From the NCBI GenBank assembly GCA_965198225.1, contig CBDAOY010000009.1, positions 1,120,001-1,184,000 of the forward strand: 64,000 bases of DNA, in the 5' to 3' direction. The position numbers and the translations under genes were made by a program. Below the pieces are notes generated by a model, which was not told where the DNA came from, searched no databases, and worked only from the letters and a program-made list of their open reading frames with translations. Origin of the DNA: Terriglobia bacterium. Its GTDB lineage: Bacteria > Acidobacteriota > Terriglobia > 20CM-2-55-15. Below, piece by piece: positions 1 to 9,992 of the stretch; the stretch's first letter is position 1; every line of letters begins with the position of its first letter.

Positions 1-80
1 AAGACGCGGGTGGCCACTATGGCGACGGATCCATCCCCCCGCTCACGCAGCTGTCATCGCCGATAGAGTTACTTCTCCTC

Positions 81-112
81 ACCCGACTTTGAGCCGAAGG
101 CGGGAGTCGGGT
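81..112. terminator. GC-rich hairpin directly downstream of the GGDEF-EAL gene
   Basis: ACCCGACT(81-88)...AGTCGGGT(105-112) with an inner GCC-GAA-GGC stem; abuts the TGA at 112-114 (minus strand); no clear U-tract. Confidence 0.45.
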
Positions 113-2240
113 CAGGCGGCGGACTCCCGGGACGTCCATCGGATCCCGCCCGTGATCAGATCGGTTACTCGTGTCCGGTCCACCGGGCGCGAGAACAGGT
201 ACCCCTGCCCGAGATCGCAGCCCAGCTCACACAACAGCCGAAGCTGCTCGTCCGTTTCGACCCCTTCCGCGGTTACGCCCAAACCGAGGTTCTGCGCGAG
301 CAGGATGATGGTGCGGACGATTTCCAGCCTCTCCGGGTCCGACTCTATCCGGCTGATGAAAGACCTGTCGATCTTGAGTTCGTCGAGTGGAAAGCCATGA
401 AGAAACGTCAGCGACGAGTGTCCGGTCCCGAAGTCGTCAATGCCGATCCGGAGCCCATCGAGCGGAATTCTTCGAGTATCTTCTTCGTCTCTTTGGGGTT
501 CGACATCACGAGACTTTCAGTAACCTCGAGCTTCAGGCACGATGGATCGAAGTGACCATCGAAATCCGCGCAGTAGCTGTCCGCCCGCTCGATCGCCTTC
601 TGAACGTCTTCGACGATGCCCGGCTGGAGCTGCTGCCTGGATAGATTGACCGAGACAGAGAGTGGCTTGTCCGTCGTAGGAAGCTGCTGCCAGACGGCCA
701 GTTCGCTGCAGGCCTCTTCCAGCACCCGGAGTCCCATGGGAACGATGAGCCCGGTTTCTTCCGCCACCGGGATGAAATCATCGGGTGGAACCAGGCCGCG
801 GGAGGGATGTTGCCATCGTAGGAGGGACTCGAAGCCCTGGATCCTGCCCGAAGCCAGGTCGACGATCGGTTGATACCAGTTTTCGAATTCGCGCCGCTCG
901 ACCGCGTGCCGCAGGTCCGTCTCGATTCGCAGCCGGTTGACGACCGCCGTCCGCATTTCGGAATCGAAGACCTGGATGCGCTCGCCCCCCAGATCTTTCG
1001 CGTGGTTGCCGGCTGTGGCCGCATCGCGCAGCAGGTCCTCGGGTGATTCGCTGCCGGTCCCGAATGAAACGCCAACGTGCGCGCCGAGGAAGACCTCGTG
1101 ACCGCAGACGTGGAACGCATCCTTCAGTGTTTCAAGCACACGGTCCGCCACCCGGAAGGCATCCCTGGGGTGTCCGAGCCCGTCCAGCAGAAGGGTGAAC
1201 TCTTCTCCGCCGTGCCGCGCGAAGGAGTGGCGCTCGGTGAACCGAGACAAGGTGTCCGTGCTTCTCAGCTTCCCTTCCAGACGGCGGACGAAGGCGATCA
1301 GCAACTGGTCGGCGACGGCCTGCCCAAGGCTGTCGATGACGAGCTTGAAACGATCCAGCGCCACGAAGAGTAAACCGAAGAGAGTTCCATCGCCCCGCTT
1401 CGCGCGTTCGACCGACTGGGTCAGACGATCCATGAACAGGGTTCTGTTGGGAATGCCGGTCAAGGCGTCCGTCACCTTTCCCGGAGTGATGTCGGACTGT
1501 GAGCCCGCCATCCGGTGCGGTTTGCCGTCATCGTCGCGCACGAGGAGACCCCGGGTGAGCACCCAGCGGTAGCTGCCGTCGCGATGTAGCATGCGGTGCT
1601 CGTTTTCGAAGTACGCGCTGGGGCCGTCGAGGTGCGCTTCAAGATCCGCCTCGACCTGGGACCGGTCCTCCGGATGGATTCGATCCAGCCATTCCGCCGG
1701 CGTCGACCCGATTTCGTCTTCCGCGTGCCCGAGCATGGTCTTCCAGCGGTCGGATAAATACATCGCGTCGGTCTTCAGGTCCCAGTCCCATATCCCGTCA
1801 CGTGAACCGGCGGCCGCGAGGGCGTAGCGCTCTTCGCTCGCCTGCAGGGCCTGCTCCAGCTTCTTGACCGTGAGCTGGTGGCGAATACGGGCCAGGGCGA
1901 CCGCCAGGTCGACCGGCTTGGTGATGTAATCGTTGGCTCCCAGGTCGAGACCCTGAACCACGTCCTTGCTGTCGCTCCGTCCCGTAACGAGTATGACGGG
2001 AAGCTCGACCGCGGAATACTGCTCCCGAATCCGGCTCAGGACGGTCAGTCCGCTCATCACCGGCATTTCCACGTCGAGCAGCACGAGGTCGAACGGATCC
2101 GACGCGACCAGGTTGCATGCTTCGGCACCATCGTTCGCGGTTGTCGTCTGGTACCCTCGCCGGAGCAGACGACGGGACAACATGTCCCGGTTCATCTCGT
2201 CGTCGTCGACGATCAGGAGTCTTTCGGGGTGGTCGCTCAT
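112..2240 (-). CDS. REC-PAS-GGDEF-EAL protein (c-di-GMP phosphodiesterase-type response regulator) with a 1-nt frameshift near 455
   Basis: REC (LIVDDD...LLDVEMP...YITKP), PAS (GIWDWD...YRWVLTRG), GGEEF, EAL variant 'GFESLLRW', LEVTES. Adding one G to ATGGGCTC (CCC at 454-456) restores LRIGIDDFGTGHSSL...KIDRSF...AEGVET...GQGYLFSRP to a TGA at 112. ATG at 2240 overlaps the upstream stop (ATGA). Confidence 0.88.
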
Positions 2241-2620
2241 GGCATCTCTCTGGAGGCTTCTCCCAAAAGCCGATGGATCGTATCGACCAGGCTGGTGAAA
2301 TCGATCGGTTTCGTCGCGAAATCGTCGCATCCACTGTCGAACGCCTTCCGCCGGTCCGACATCATGGCGTGAGCCGTCAACGCGACGACCGGGATGTCCC
2401 GGGTGCGCTCGTCGGCCTTCAACACGCGCGTCGCTTCCAGCCCGTCCATTTCCGGCAGCCCGATGTCCATCAGGATCAGGTTGGGCGTGCGGGCCCGTGC
2501 CTGCTCGACCCCATCGAGGCCGTTGCCGGCACACGAGACCGAGAACCCGCGGCGCTCGAGCCTCCGCGAAAGCATGTCGCTGTTCATCGCGTTGTCTTCG
2601 ACGAGCAGTATCTCAGGCAT
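2237..2620 (-). CDS. single-domain response regulator (DivK/CheY-like)
   Basis: ILLVEDN...ILMDIGLPEMDG...VVALTAHA...FATKPIDF; overlaps both neighbouring genes. Confidence 0.93.
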   Translation of the reverse strand: MPEILLVEDNAMNSDMLSRRLERRGFSVSCAGNGLDGVEQARARTPNLILMDIGLPEMDGLEATRVLKADERTRDIPVVALTAHAMMSDRRKAFDSGCDDFATKPIDFTSLVDTIHRLLGEASREMP

Positions 2621-4580
2621 AGCGGGCCTCCCTCGGGCCTGTCGGCGACCCAGCGGCCTTGTTCCCCTTCACACATCGATGAACGGCGCGCGTGAACGCT
2701 GCCGTGTTCAGCGGTTTGGTCAGGTAATCGAACGCGCCCATTTCCCGGCCGCGTTGTGCCTCATCGACTACGCTCACCATGATCACGGGAATGTCCGCAA
2801 GCTCGGGATCCTTCTTCAGGGTTTCCAGTACGGTCCAGCCGTCGGTGCCATCCATCTGTACGTCCAGAGTGATCGCTACCGGACGGTGCTGTCGAATCGC
2901 TTCCAGCCCTTCGCCCCCACTCGAGCAAAGGATCGGATGAAGGCGCTGACGTGTCAGCAGCCAGGACAGCAACTCGCGCGCGTCGGCATCGTCGTCGATC
3001 ACGACGACCGGTGGGGTCCCTGTTTCGCGCGGTGCGGGAGGCGGTGATTCCGTGGGAACGGGTTGCCTCCCATCTACGGTTTCCTCCACGACAGCGCGGC
3101 TCGGAACGCGCATCGAAAACGTCGAGCCCACGCCGGGAACACTGTCGGCGGACAGATCGCCCCCGACCAGCCGGCAATAGCGACGGCTGATCGCCAGTCC
3201 GAGTCCGGTTCCTCCGTACTTGCGCGTCGTCGAGGCGTCCGCCTGCACGAAGGGCTCAAACAGCATGTCCGCCTGGTGCGGATCGATTCCGATACCCGTG
3301 TCTTCGACGTCGACTTCAAGCCATTCGGACCCAGAGCTCGCGTTCATCTTCGCAGAGACCGTGATCGTGCCCGCTTCGGTGAACTTGCACGCGTTGCCGA
3401 GAAGGTTGAGCAGCACCTGCCGGGCTTTGGTCTGGTCCGATTCGACGGGAAGGGAGTCCGGGGCGACGACGACCAACCGGTTCGAGTTTTTCCGGGCAAT
3501 CGGTTCGACGGTCCCCACGACATCGTCGATGACGTCCCTGAAATCGAAGGCTCCGATCGCCAGTTCGATTCGCCCGGCTTCGATCTTCGAGAGGTCGAGC
3601 ACGTCGTTGATGATCGAGAGCAGGTGCTTGCCGGCCGTGTTGATCTTGTTCAGCTCATTGAGGGGCTCGAGATTGTCGGCATCCTCGCATTCCTCGACGA
3701 GCATCTCGCTGTAACCGAGGATTGCGTTCAACGGAGTGCGCAGTTCGTGGCTCATGTTCGCCAGGAACGCACTCTTGGTGCGGTTGGCCTGCTCGGCCAG
3801 GTCTTTGGCGTGGCGCAGGCTCTCGCTTCGCTCGGCGACCCGTTCCTCGAGGTGGTCGTTGAGTGAGCGGAGCTCGGTCTGGGCCTCGTCGATCTCACCG
3901 ATCATGGTATTGAAGACGTCGATCAACGCTCCGACCTCGTCGGAGTATTGCTTATGGACCCGCAGCGAGTAGTCCCGGTTTCGAGTCACTTGCTGCATGG
4001 TCCGGTCGAGGTGCAGGATCGGTCCCGTGATCAGGACGCGAAGGCGCGACGAGAGTAGAAGGGCGACGAAGCCGGAAAACAGCATGAGCACTGAGACGAT
4101 CAGCAGGTAGTTTTGCAGTCTTTGTTCGATCTCTCCCGTGTCGGATTGCACGAAGATCGTGCCGATCTGTCTGCCGTCGAAATGGATGGGCTGATACGTC
4201 CGGATGTATCCACGCGTCAGGCTCGACTCGGTCGACGGACCACGGACCGGAAGTCGATCGGGAATGTCCTCGGGCCCGGGGTAGGTGGCGAACAGGTCCC
4301 CTTCGAGATCGTAGAGGGCGGCCCGGACCACAGACGGCCGGGCCTTCAGAGCGTTCAGGATCTCGTTCCCGGCAGTATTGTCCTCGAAGGCCAGGGCGGC
4401 CGTACTCGTGATTCCGAGGACTTCCGCCTCCGTCGTCAGGTTCTGCCGTGTCGTTCGCGTGACGCTGATCGTGTCGAAGATCAGGAAGCCCACGGTCGAC
4501 AGGACCAGCGCGGCCGTGCTCGTGAAAAACGTGATCAACGTCAGCTTCTTCTTGATCGACCAGTTGCGGATCAGGATCAT
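2613..4580 (-). CDS. membrane hybrid histidine kinase (YfiN-type CHASE8-like sensor, HAMP, HisKA, HATPase, REC)
   Basis: Two TM segments around a periplasmic sensor; H-box FLANMSHELRTPLNAI; N/G boxes (NLLGNACKFT, DTGIGI, GGTGLGLAI); C-terminal REC (VIDDD...TLDVQM...YLTKP). Confidence 0.93.
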   Translation of the reverse strand: MILIRNWSIKKKLTLITFFTSTAALVLSTVGFLIFDTISVTRTTRQNLTTEAEVLGITSTAALAFEDNTAGNEILNALKARPSVVRAALYDLEGDLFATYPGPEDIPDRLPVRGPSTESSLTRGYIRTYQPIHFDGRQIGTIFVQSDTGEIEQRLQNYLLIVSVLMLFSGFVALLLSSRLRVLITGPILHLDRTMQQVTRNRDYSLRVHKQYSDEVGALIDVFNTMIGEIDEAQTELRSLNDHLEERVAERSESLRHAKDLAEQANRTKSAFLANMSHELRTPLNAILGYSEMLVEECEDADNLEPLNELNKINTAGKHLLSIINDVLDLSKIEAGRIELAIGAFDFRDVIDDVVGTVEPIARKNSNRLVVVAPDSLPVESDQTKARQVLLNLLGNACKFTEAGTITVSAKMNASSGSEWLEVDVEDTGIGIDPHQADMLFEPFVQADASTTRKYGGTGLGLAISRRYCRLVGGDLSADSVPGVGSTFSMRVPSRAVVEETVDGRQPVPTESPPPAPRETGTPPVVVIDDDADARELLSWLLTRQRLHPILCSSGGEGLEAIRQHRPVAITLDVQMDGTDGWTVLETLKKDPELADIPVIMVSVVDEAQRGREMGAFDYLTKPLNTAAFTRAVHRCVKGNKAAGSPTGPREARYA

Positions 4581-5167
4581 CGGGACCCCCTGGCCAGGGT
4601 CAGCAGCTTCGAACTCAACGCCACGCGAGCATGCTCGGCGTTCTGCCGGCTGGCCTCGAAGCGGACCCGGTTATTCTCGATGAAGAAGTTGAGGACCCCA
4701 CCGCGTTCGATGAAGTCGCGCGATTCACCGACCAACAAGACCGGCCGGCCGGCGAAGGCGTCCTGGAATTCGTAGAAAGCTTCGACTTCGGATTCGGGCA
4801 CGAAAAGAAGGTGGGCGGAGTCGACGACCTCCGTGTCGATCCGCTTCACGGCGACCGGTCGGCCCCGGATCACCTTTCCCTGAAATGCGTTCCGGATCGT
4901 ATCGACTACGGCGCGATCTCGAAAGACGGCGATCACCAGCGCTGAGTCTTCGTCCTGGAACGCGTCCTCGGGCCACCTGGCAAACAAGGCGAAGTTGTAG
5001 AGGAAGGCTCCTTTGAGTGTGTACTCGGACAGATCCTCCTGCGCCGGCCTTGTCGAGGCGCCCGCCAGGGAGCCGCAAACAATGGCGATGGCCAGGGTTG
5101 GTAGGAGCAGCTTTCGCGTCTTCCGCCTCCGGTAGTGGGGGATTTCAAGACCGCTACAGTTCCACAT
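4577..5167 (-). CDS. YfiR family (DUF4154) periplasmic protein
   Basis: Signal-like N-terminus; EYTLKGAFLYNFALFARWP, LLVGES, 'NFFIENNRVRFE' and LSSKLLTLA motifs typical of YfiR; start uncertain. Confidence 0.85.
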   Translation of the reverse strand: MWNCSGLEIPHYRRRKTRKLLLPTLAIAIVCGSLAGASTRPAQEDLSEYTLKGAFLYNFALFARWPEDAFQDEDSALVIAVFRDRAVVDTIRNAFQGKVIRGRPVAVKRIDTEVVDSAHLLFVPESEVEAFYEFQDAFAGRPVLLVGESRDFIERGGVLNFFIENNRVRFEASRQNAEHARVALSSKLLTLARGSR

Positions 5168-5537
5168 CCTTCACGCCTCTAACTCAAGGAATCGGCTAGC
5201 CTTCAGGGGATCTTTAGGGTCAAGGTCCTGGCTGTTCAAAAACATCGTTATAGCCGGATGGAGGAAACGGTGTGGGACGCCAGCCCGGCTGAAGTCGGCG
5301 GTGGGATGGCAGGGTGGTCGTCGTCCGATTCACGCTCCCGGTGCTCCATGGGGCACCGGCAACCCCGAGCGGCTGATTCAGGCCGTGCCGATGATGTACG
5401 AACTGAAGTACAAGGCGGTTGCGTTGATGAAGATTCCATCCGGGCCCGACGGCGTGACATCCCTGTGGTATAAGGGAGTCAACCGCAGCAGGACTCACAA
5501 CCACAGATCCGTCCGATCCCGTTCACCAGAGGTGCCC

Positions 5538-6908
5538 ATGAACCGACTATCCGCGCTCGCAGCGATTCCGGTTTTTTTGATCATCATACTGACGCTGCGC
5601 GCACAGCAGTCCGAGCCACCGGAGATGGCATTTTTCTTCCAGTCGGCCAGCCCGGATGAAGACCTGGCCCAGGGGGCGCTCGCACAGATTGGCGAGAGCT
5701 GGAAGGATGGCTACGCCCCCATCCTCGTCGACTTCGCGCGCTTGATGCTGTCGCCGTCCCCGATCCGACAACGTTTGCTCGACTTTCTCGGGGAGCGGAC
5801 CGGCCAGAATTTCGGGCAGGATCTCGGGGAGTGGCGGCGATGGACGTGGAAGCTGCCCTACGATCCGCATCCCAACTACGGTCCGTTCAAGGGAGCACTG
5901 TACGGGCAGATCGATACTCAGATGATGGATTTCTTCCCGATCGGGGTCCAGGCGACGATCCGTCTGGATGAAGTCGAGTGGGGCGGGGTCCGCGTGAACG
6001 GCATTCCGCCTCTGGACCATCCGGTTCACATCCCGGCCTCCGAGGCGGATTACCTTTCCGACGATCACCTTGTTTTCGGGATAGCTGTCAACGGTGAAGC
6101 CCGTGCCTACCCGAAGAGGATCCTGGCATGGCACGAAATGGCGGCCGACGAGATCGGCGTCGTCGAACTGACGACGATCTATTGCACGTTGTGCGGCACG
6201 GTTCTTCCCTATGAGAGTGTCGTCGGCGGAGAGTTGCAGAAGTTTGGCACGAGCGGTCTTCTTTACCGTTCCAACAAGCTGTTCTTCGACGAGGCAACCA
6301 AGAGCCTTTGGTCGACCCTGGAGGGACGTCCCGTCGTCGGAGAGCTGGCGGGAACGGAACTGGAATTGAATCTGAGGTCGTCGGTCACGACGACCTGGGG
6401 AGAGTGGCGCAGGCAGCATCCCTCTACCACGGTCCTTTCGCTCGAAACGGGATACGACCGGGACTATGGGGAAGGTGTCGCCTACAAGGACTACTTCGCC
6501 ACGGACCGCCTGATGTTCGAAGTTCCCCAAACAGACGGCCGGCTCCGAAACAAGGACGAAGTGCTGGTGATGCTGATCGAGCCGTCATCGGGTGCCGGTG
6601 ATCGTCAACCGGTCGCGATCTCAACCGATTTCCTGGACGACAACCGCGTTTACCCGTTCGAGGCCGAGGGGCGTTCCTATGTCGTGATTACCTCCGAGAA
6701 GGGAGCCAACCGGGTGTTTGACGCCGGGGAGGTTCGATTCGAGAGGGACGACGATTCCGATCGTATCCGCGACATGGAAGGGAGACGCTGGACGGTGAGC
6801 GAGGACGCCCTGGTATCGGGCACTGATCGACGCGGGCGGGTCACGGCCAACCGGGCCTTTTGGTTCGGCTGGTACGCGCAGTTTCCCGAGACCAGACTGA
6901 TCAAGTGA
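5538..6908 (+). CDS. exported DUF3179 domain protein
   Basis: Signal peptide from ATG 5538 (GAGG upstream); GIPPLDHP, ARAYP, YCTLCG, FGTSGLLYRSN and FWFGWY motifs. Confidence 0.85.
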   Translation: MNRLSALAAIPVFLIIILTLRAQQSEPPEMAFFFQSASPDEDLAQGALAQIGESWKDGYAPILVDFARLMLSPSPIRQRLLDFLGERTGQNFGQDLGEWRRWTWKLPYDPHPNYGPFKGALYGQIDTQMMDFFPIGVQATIRLDEVEWGGVRVNGIPPLDHPVHIPASEADYLSDDHLVFGIAVNGEARAYPKRILAWHEMAADEIGVVELTTIYCTLCGTVLPYESVVGGELQKFGTSGLLYRSNKLFFDEATKSLWSTLEGRPVVGELAGTELELNLRSSVTTTWGEWRRQHPSTTVLSLETGYDRDYGEGVAYKDYFATDRLMFEVPQTDGRLRNKDEVLVMLIEPSSGAGDRQPVAISTDFLDDNRVYPFEAEGRSYVVITSEKGANRVFDAGEVRFERDDDSDRIRDMEGRRWTVSEDALVSGTDRRGRVTANRAFWFGWYAQFPETRLIK

Positions 6909-6941
6909 AAGCACAGCCACCCATACGGGGGACATGGACTG

Positions 6942-7424
6942 TTGAACCACTACCAGCTCACCAACCCGATTGCCCCTTGCACGCGGTGCCATATCCGGAG
7001 CATGCCCTGGAGACCGCCCGACATGATTCCCGACGTGACGCGGGTATTTACCCCCCCGGGCCCGCTCGGCGACGAGGCCGACTCTTCGGACCTCTCTCCC
7101 GAACTCCATCCGGGCTTTTTCGTGCCAGTCGAGCTACCGACGGAATGCGACGACGACACGTGCCATCCCGACAATGACACGAGCATCAGGTGCCTCGATT
7201 GTCATGAACGGGGAACGTTTACTCCCGTACCAATGGAAGAGGTTCGCTGTGTATCCTGTCATGGCAGCGGGGTGTTTGAGCCCATCACGGAAATCCGAGC
7301 GTGCGCGTGGGGCGACTTCAACTACAACCTGCCAGATCGCCCGGAGCATCCAGGTGAGCTCTGGTGGGAGCGGTTTGCCAATCTCGCACAAACGGAAGCG
7401 TGCGAAGCGGCCCTGGGAAACTAG
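6942..7424 (+). CDS. small putative multiheme c-type cytochrome-like or metal-binding protein (possibly a fragment)
   Basis: CTRCH, CLDCH and CVSCH plus CDDDTCH in 160 aa; weak TTG start and no signal peptide; same frame as the upstream DUF3179 gene. Confidence 0.5.
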   Translation: MNHYQLTNPIAPCTRCHIRSMPWRPPDMIPDVTRVFTPPGPLGDEADSSDLSPELHPGFFVPVELPTECDDDTCHPDNDTSIRCLDCHERGTFTPVPMEEVRCVSCHGSGVFEPITEIRACAWGDFNYNLPDRPEHPGELWWERFANLAQTEACEAALGN

Positions 7425-7695
7425 TGGCCTGTAACAATGCTATCGGCACCATCGCCGATGGGTCTTGCGGGCGAGGTCGAGGAGGGAGACGGAAAGCGAT
7501 GCTCATTCATCGGTGACGGCTTCCGACAAAGAGATCGCCCGCAACCCCCATCGGCCCGAAGGGTTCGGCGGAACGGCGCCGTCTTCGGTGTCGTAACGCC
7601 CTCGCAATGAAACAGCATTGGCTCGGGCGTCACTCCTAGAATCCGACGCCGTTCCGCCGAACGCTGGTACCGATAGCACTGTTACAGGTCACTAG
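7421..7695. mobile_element. MITE copy 1 (longest, both internal modules)
   Basis: About 31-bp terminal inverted repeats CTAGTGGCCTGTAACAATGCTATCGGCACCA / TGGTACCGATAGCACTGTTACAGGTCACTAG; no coding capacity; related copies at 24854 and 40093. Confidence 0.85.
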
Positions 7696-8374
7696 GAGGA
7701 ACGTGGGCATCGGAAAAACAAGAGCCCTTTCTTGGCGAGACGCTCGACTATAGCGGGTTGAGGCGGACCGTTCGGGGGGGGTGGCGGTGGTCTGGCATCC
7801 AGTCGGGCCCGCCGACGTGGAACCAATCACACAACAGTAGTGCTTTCATTGGAGTGTGCCCTCCTTATCGAAGCCGCCGCACGTCCGAGATTTCTCGGCG
7901 ATGCGAGGATGCTGTCGAATGCTCTCGACTTGGGTTCGAAATTGAGAAGATCGAGTCCCAATCGTGTCATCGCTGCCTCCCGGTGTGTCGGCGCGATGTG
8001 CGCTCACCGGGGCAGCGAGAACCGGATTGGAAAACTTGAACGGGTGTCAGAAATTTCTTGTTTGTATCGATGTCGCAGACGTCCGCCCACTCCCACCGAT
8101 CGAGTTCCCTCTGTAGGCTGATCCATAGTTCCACGCTCGTGCCTGAAGCCTCGAACCAGCCGGTGGGCCATGACGGCGGACACGTTGAGCCGGCGACCCT
8201 GCAGCGGGGCCACGGTTGGCCTGTATACTCCCAGTGCCCTTGAGTATCCGTCTCCATAACATGCGATCGCAGCAGCGAGCAGCTTGTTGATTGCGAGCCT
8301 CGGCTGGCCGAGTTTCGCCTCCAGAACGGAACGAACTCCCGTAGACTGACCCCACCCCAGAGATCGAGGCTCAT

Positions 8375-9938
8375 ATGCGTATCAAGAAAGCGTGGCTGAA
8401 AGACCTTGGTGTGAGTGATGCGAGAGCCACCCGGTATCTCCCCGAGCTGCGATCGTCGTGTGAGGCGCACGGGATCGACACGCCACTGCGCGTGGCTCAC
8501 TTTCTATCGCAGGTCCTTCACGAGTCCGCACGCATGAGGGCTGTCGAAGAAAATCTGAATTACTCCGCCGATGCCCTCCTGAAGGTTTTCAAGAAGTACT
8601 TTCCTACGCGCTCAAGTGCGGAAGCTCTTGCGCGGAAGCCCAAGCGGATCGCGAGCCGGGTGTATGCGGGAAGAATGGGGAACGGAGACGAGGCTAGCGG
8701 GGAAGGCTATCGCTACCGCGGGCGAGGCCTGATCCAGCTCACGGGAAAAAGCAACTATAGAAAATTCTCCGATTGGATCGGACAGGACGTCGTCCCCGAG
8801 CCCGATCTGGTTGCCAGCAAGTTCGCGGTTCAGTCGGCCGTCTTTTACTGGACAAGGAACGCTATCAATGCTCTTGCCGATATCGACGACGTCAAGCGGG
8901 TGACGAAGAAAATCAACGGTGGCTTCAATGGCCTGGCCGACCGTGTCGAGTTGCTGGATCGCACAAAGGAGTTGCTGAAGGTAGATGCTGAACCGGTAGG
9001 GCTCGAAAGGGCGACCCACACTGTAAAGGCGACCAAGCTCAACCTGCGGAATCGGCCGGAGACTATTCCGGCGACCCGGATCGGATCTCTTGACCAGGGT
9101 GCCGAGGTCATGAAACTGGCCGATGCCAGGGTAGACGGATGGGTCAAGGTTCGCGCGGTATTGGGCGGACAGATCAGCGAGGGGTTCGTTGCCGAGAGAT
9201 TTCTGGAGCCCGCGCCGCCGGTTCCAGTTGTCAGCCCGCCGGCTCCCGTGGCCGACGTACGTATTGCCGGTCGCCCACATGGCCGAGAACCGTCCCGATA
9301 TCACACGCGTTCGCGACGGGGGACGGGCCTTTGCTTTGGGCGAGTCCGGGAGGCCCCGTCGCAGGGCCGTCAAGCCGGGAACCAAGGTGCGGCAACTTCT
9401 CGCTATTGCGACGTACCTTGACAGCGAGAATCCGAAACACAAGCGGTACTGGCCAAAAACCGGAACGACCTTCTGCAACATCTACGCGTACGATTATTGC
9501 TATCTCGCGGGCGCCTACCTGCCGCGGGTCTGGTGGAAGGAATCGGCTTTGCGTCAGATTCGCGATGGCGCCGATGTCGCAGTCCGATACGGGAAGACCG
9601 TTCGTGAGTTGAACGCCAACATGCTTCACGACTGGATCGAGGACTACGGACGGGCCTACGGATGGAGACGCGTGCTCGATCTCGACGTCCTGCAGGCGGC
9701 GGCAAACAAGGGAGAGGTCTGTATTATCGTCGCCAAGCGCAGCGATGTGAACAGGTCGGGCCACATCGTGGCAGTAGTCCCCGAGCACAATGGGTTCGAA
9801 GCGTCCCGCAAAGCGTCGGGAGAGTTACTACGTCCGGTCCAGTCCCAGGCTGGTATCAAGAACCATCGCTTCTTCGTTGGAAGGCCGTGGTGGCGTCATG
9901 ACAAGTTCCAGGCTTTCAGTTTCTGGCGCCACGCTTAG
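8375..9938 (+). CDS. peptidoglycan hydrolase: GH19 + SH3b + C-terminal Cys/His (CHAP/NlpC-like) domain, split by a frameshift near 9230-9270
   Basis: GH19 motifs AHFLSQVLHES, YRYRGRGLIQLTG, VTKKINGGFNGLADR; SH3b (LNLRNRP...GWVKV...GFVAERFL); Pro-rich linker; overlapping +1-frame ORF 9189-9938 with TFCNIY...GHIVAV...QSQAG. Confidence 0.75.
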
Positions 9939-9992
9939 CCCCATGTCCGTATCCCGATAACCAGCCAAATCGGGACAGATGTGTGCCTGTCT

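Noticed and set aside
440-470. Programmed ribosomal frameshift in the EAL gene
   Set aside because: No slippery heptamer; a single missing G in a short G-run is the simpler explanation
2241-2534. Upstream extension of ORF 408-2534
   Set aside because: Overlaps the response regulator in another frame; the real start is the coupled ATG at 2240
7700-8370. Several short overlapping ORFs between the MITE and the GH19 gene
   Set aside because: No recognisable motifs or consistent starts; left unannotated
8375-9938. GH19 gene as a prophage endolysin
   Set aside because: No holin, spanin, structural or replication phage genes nearby
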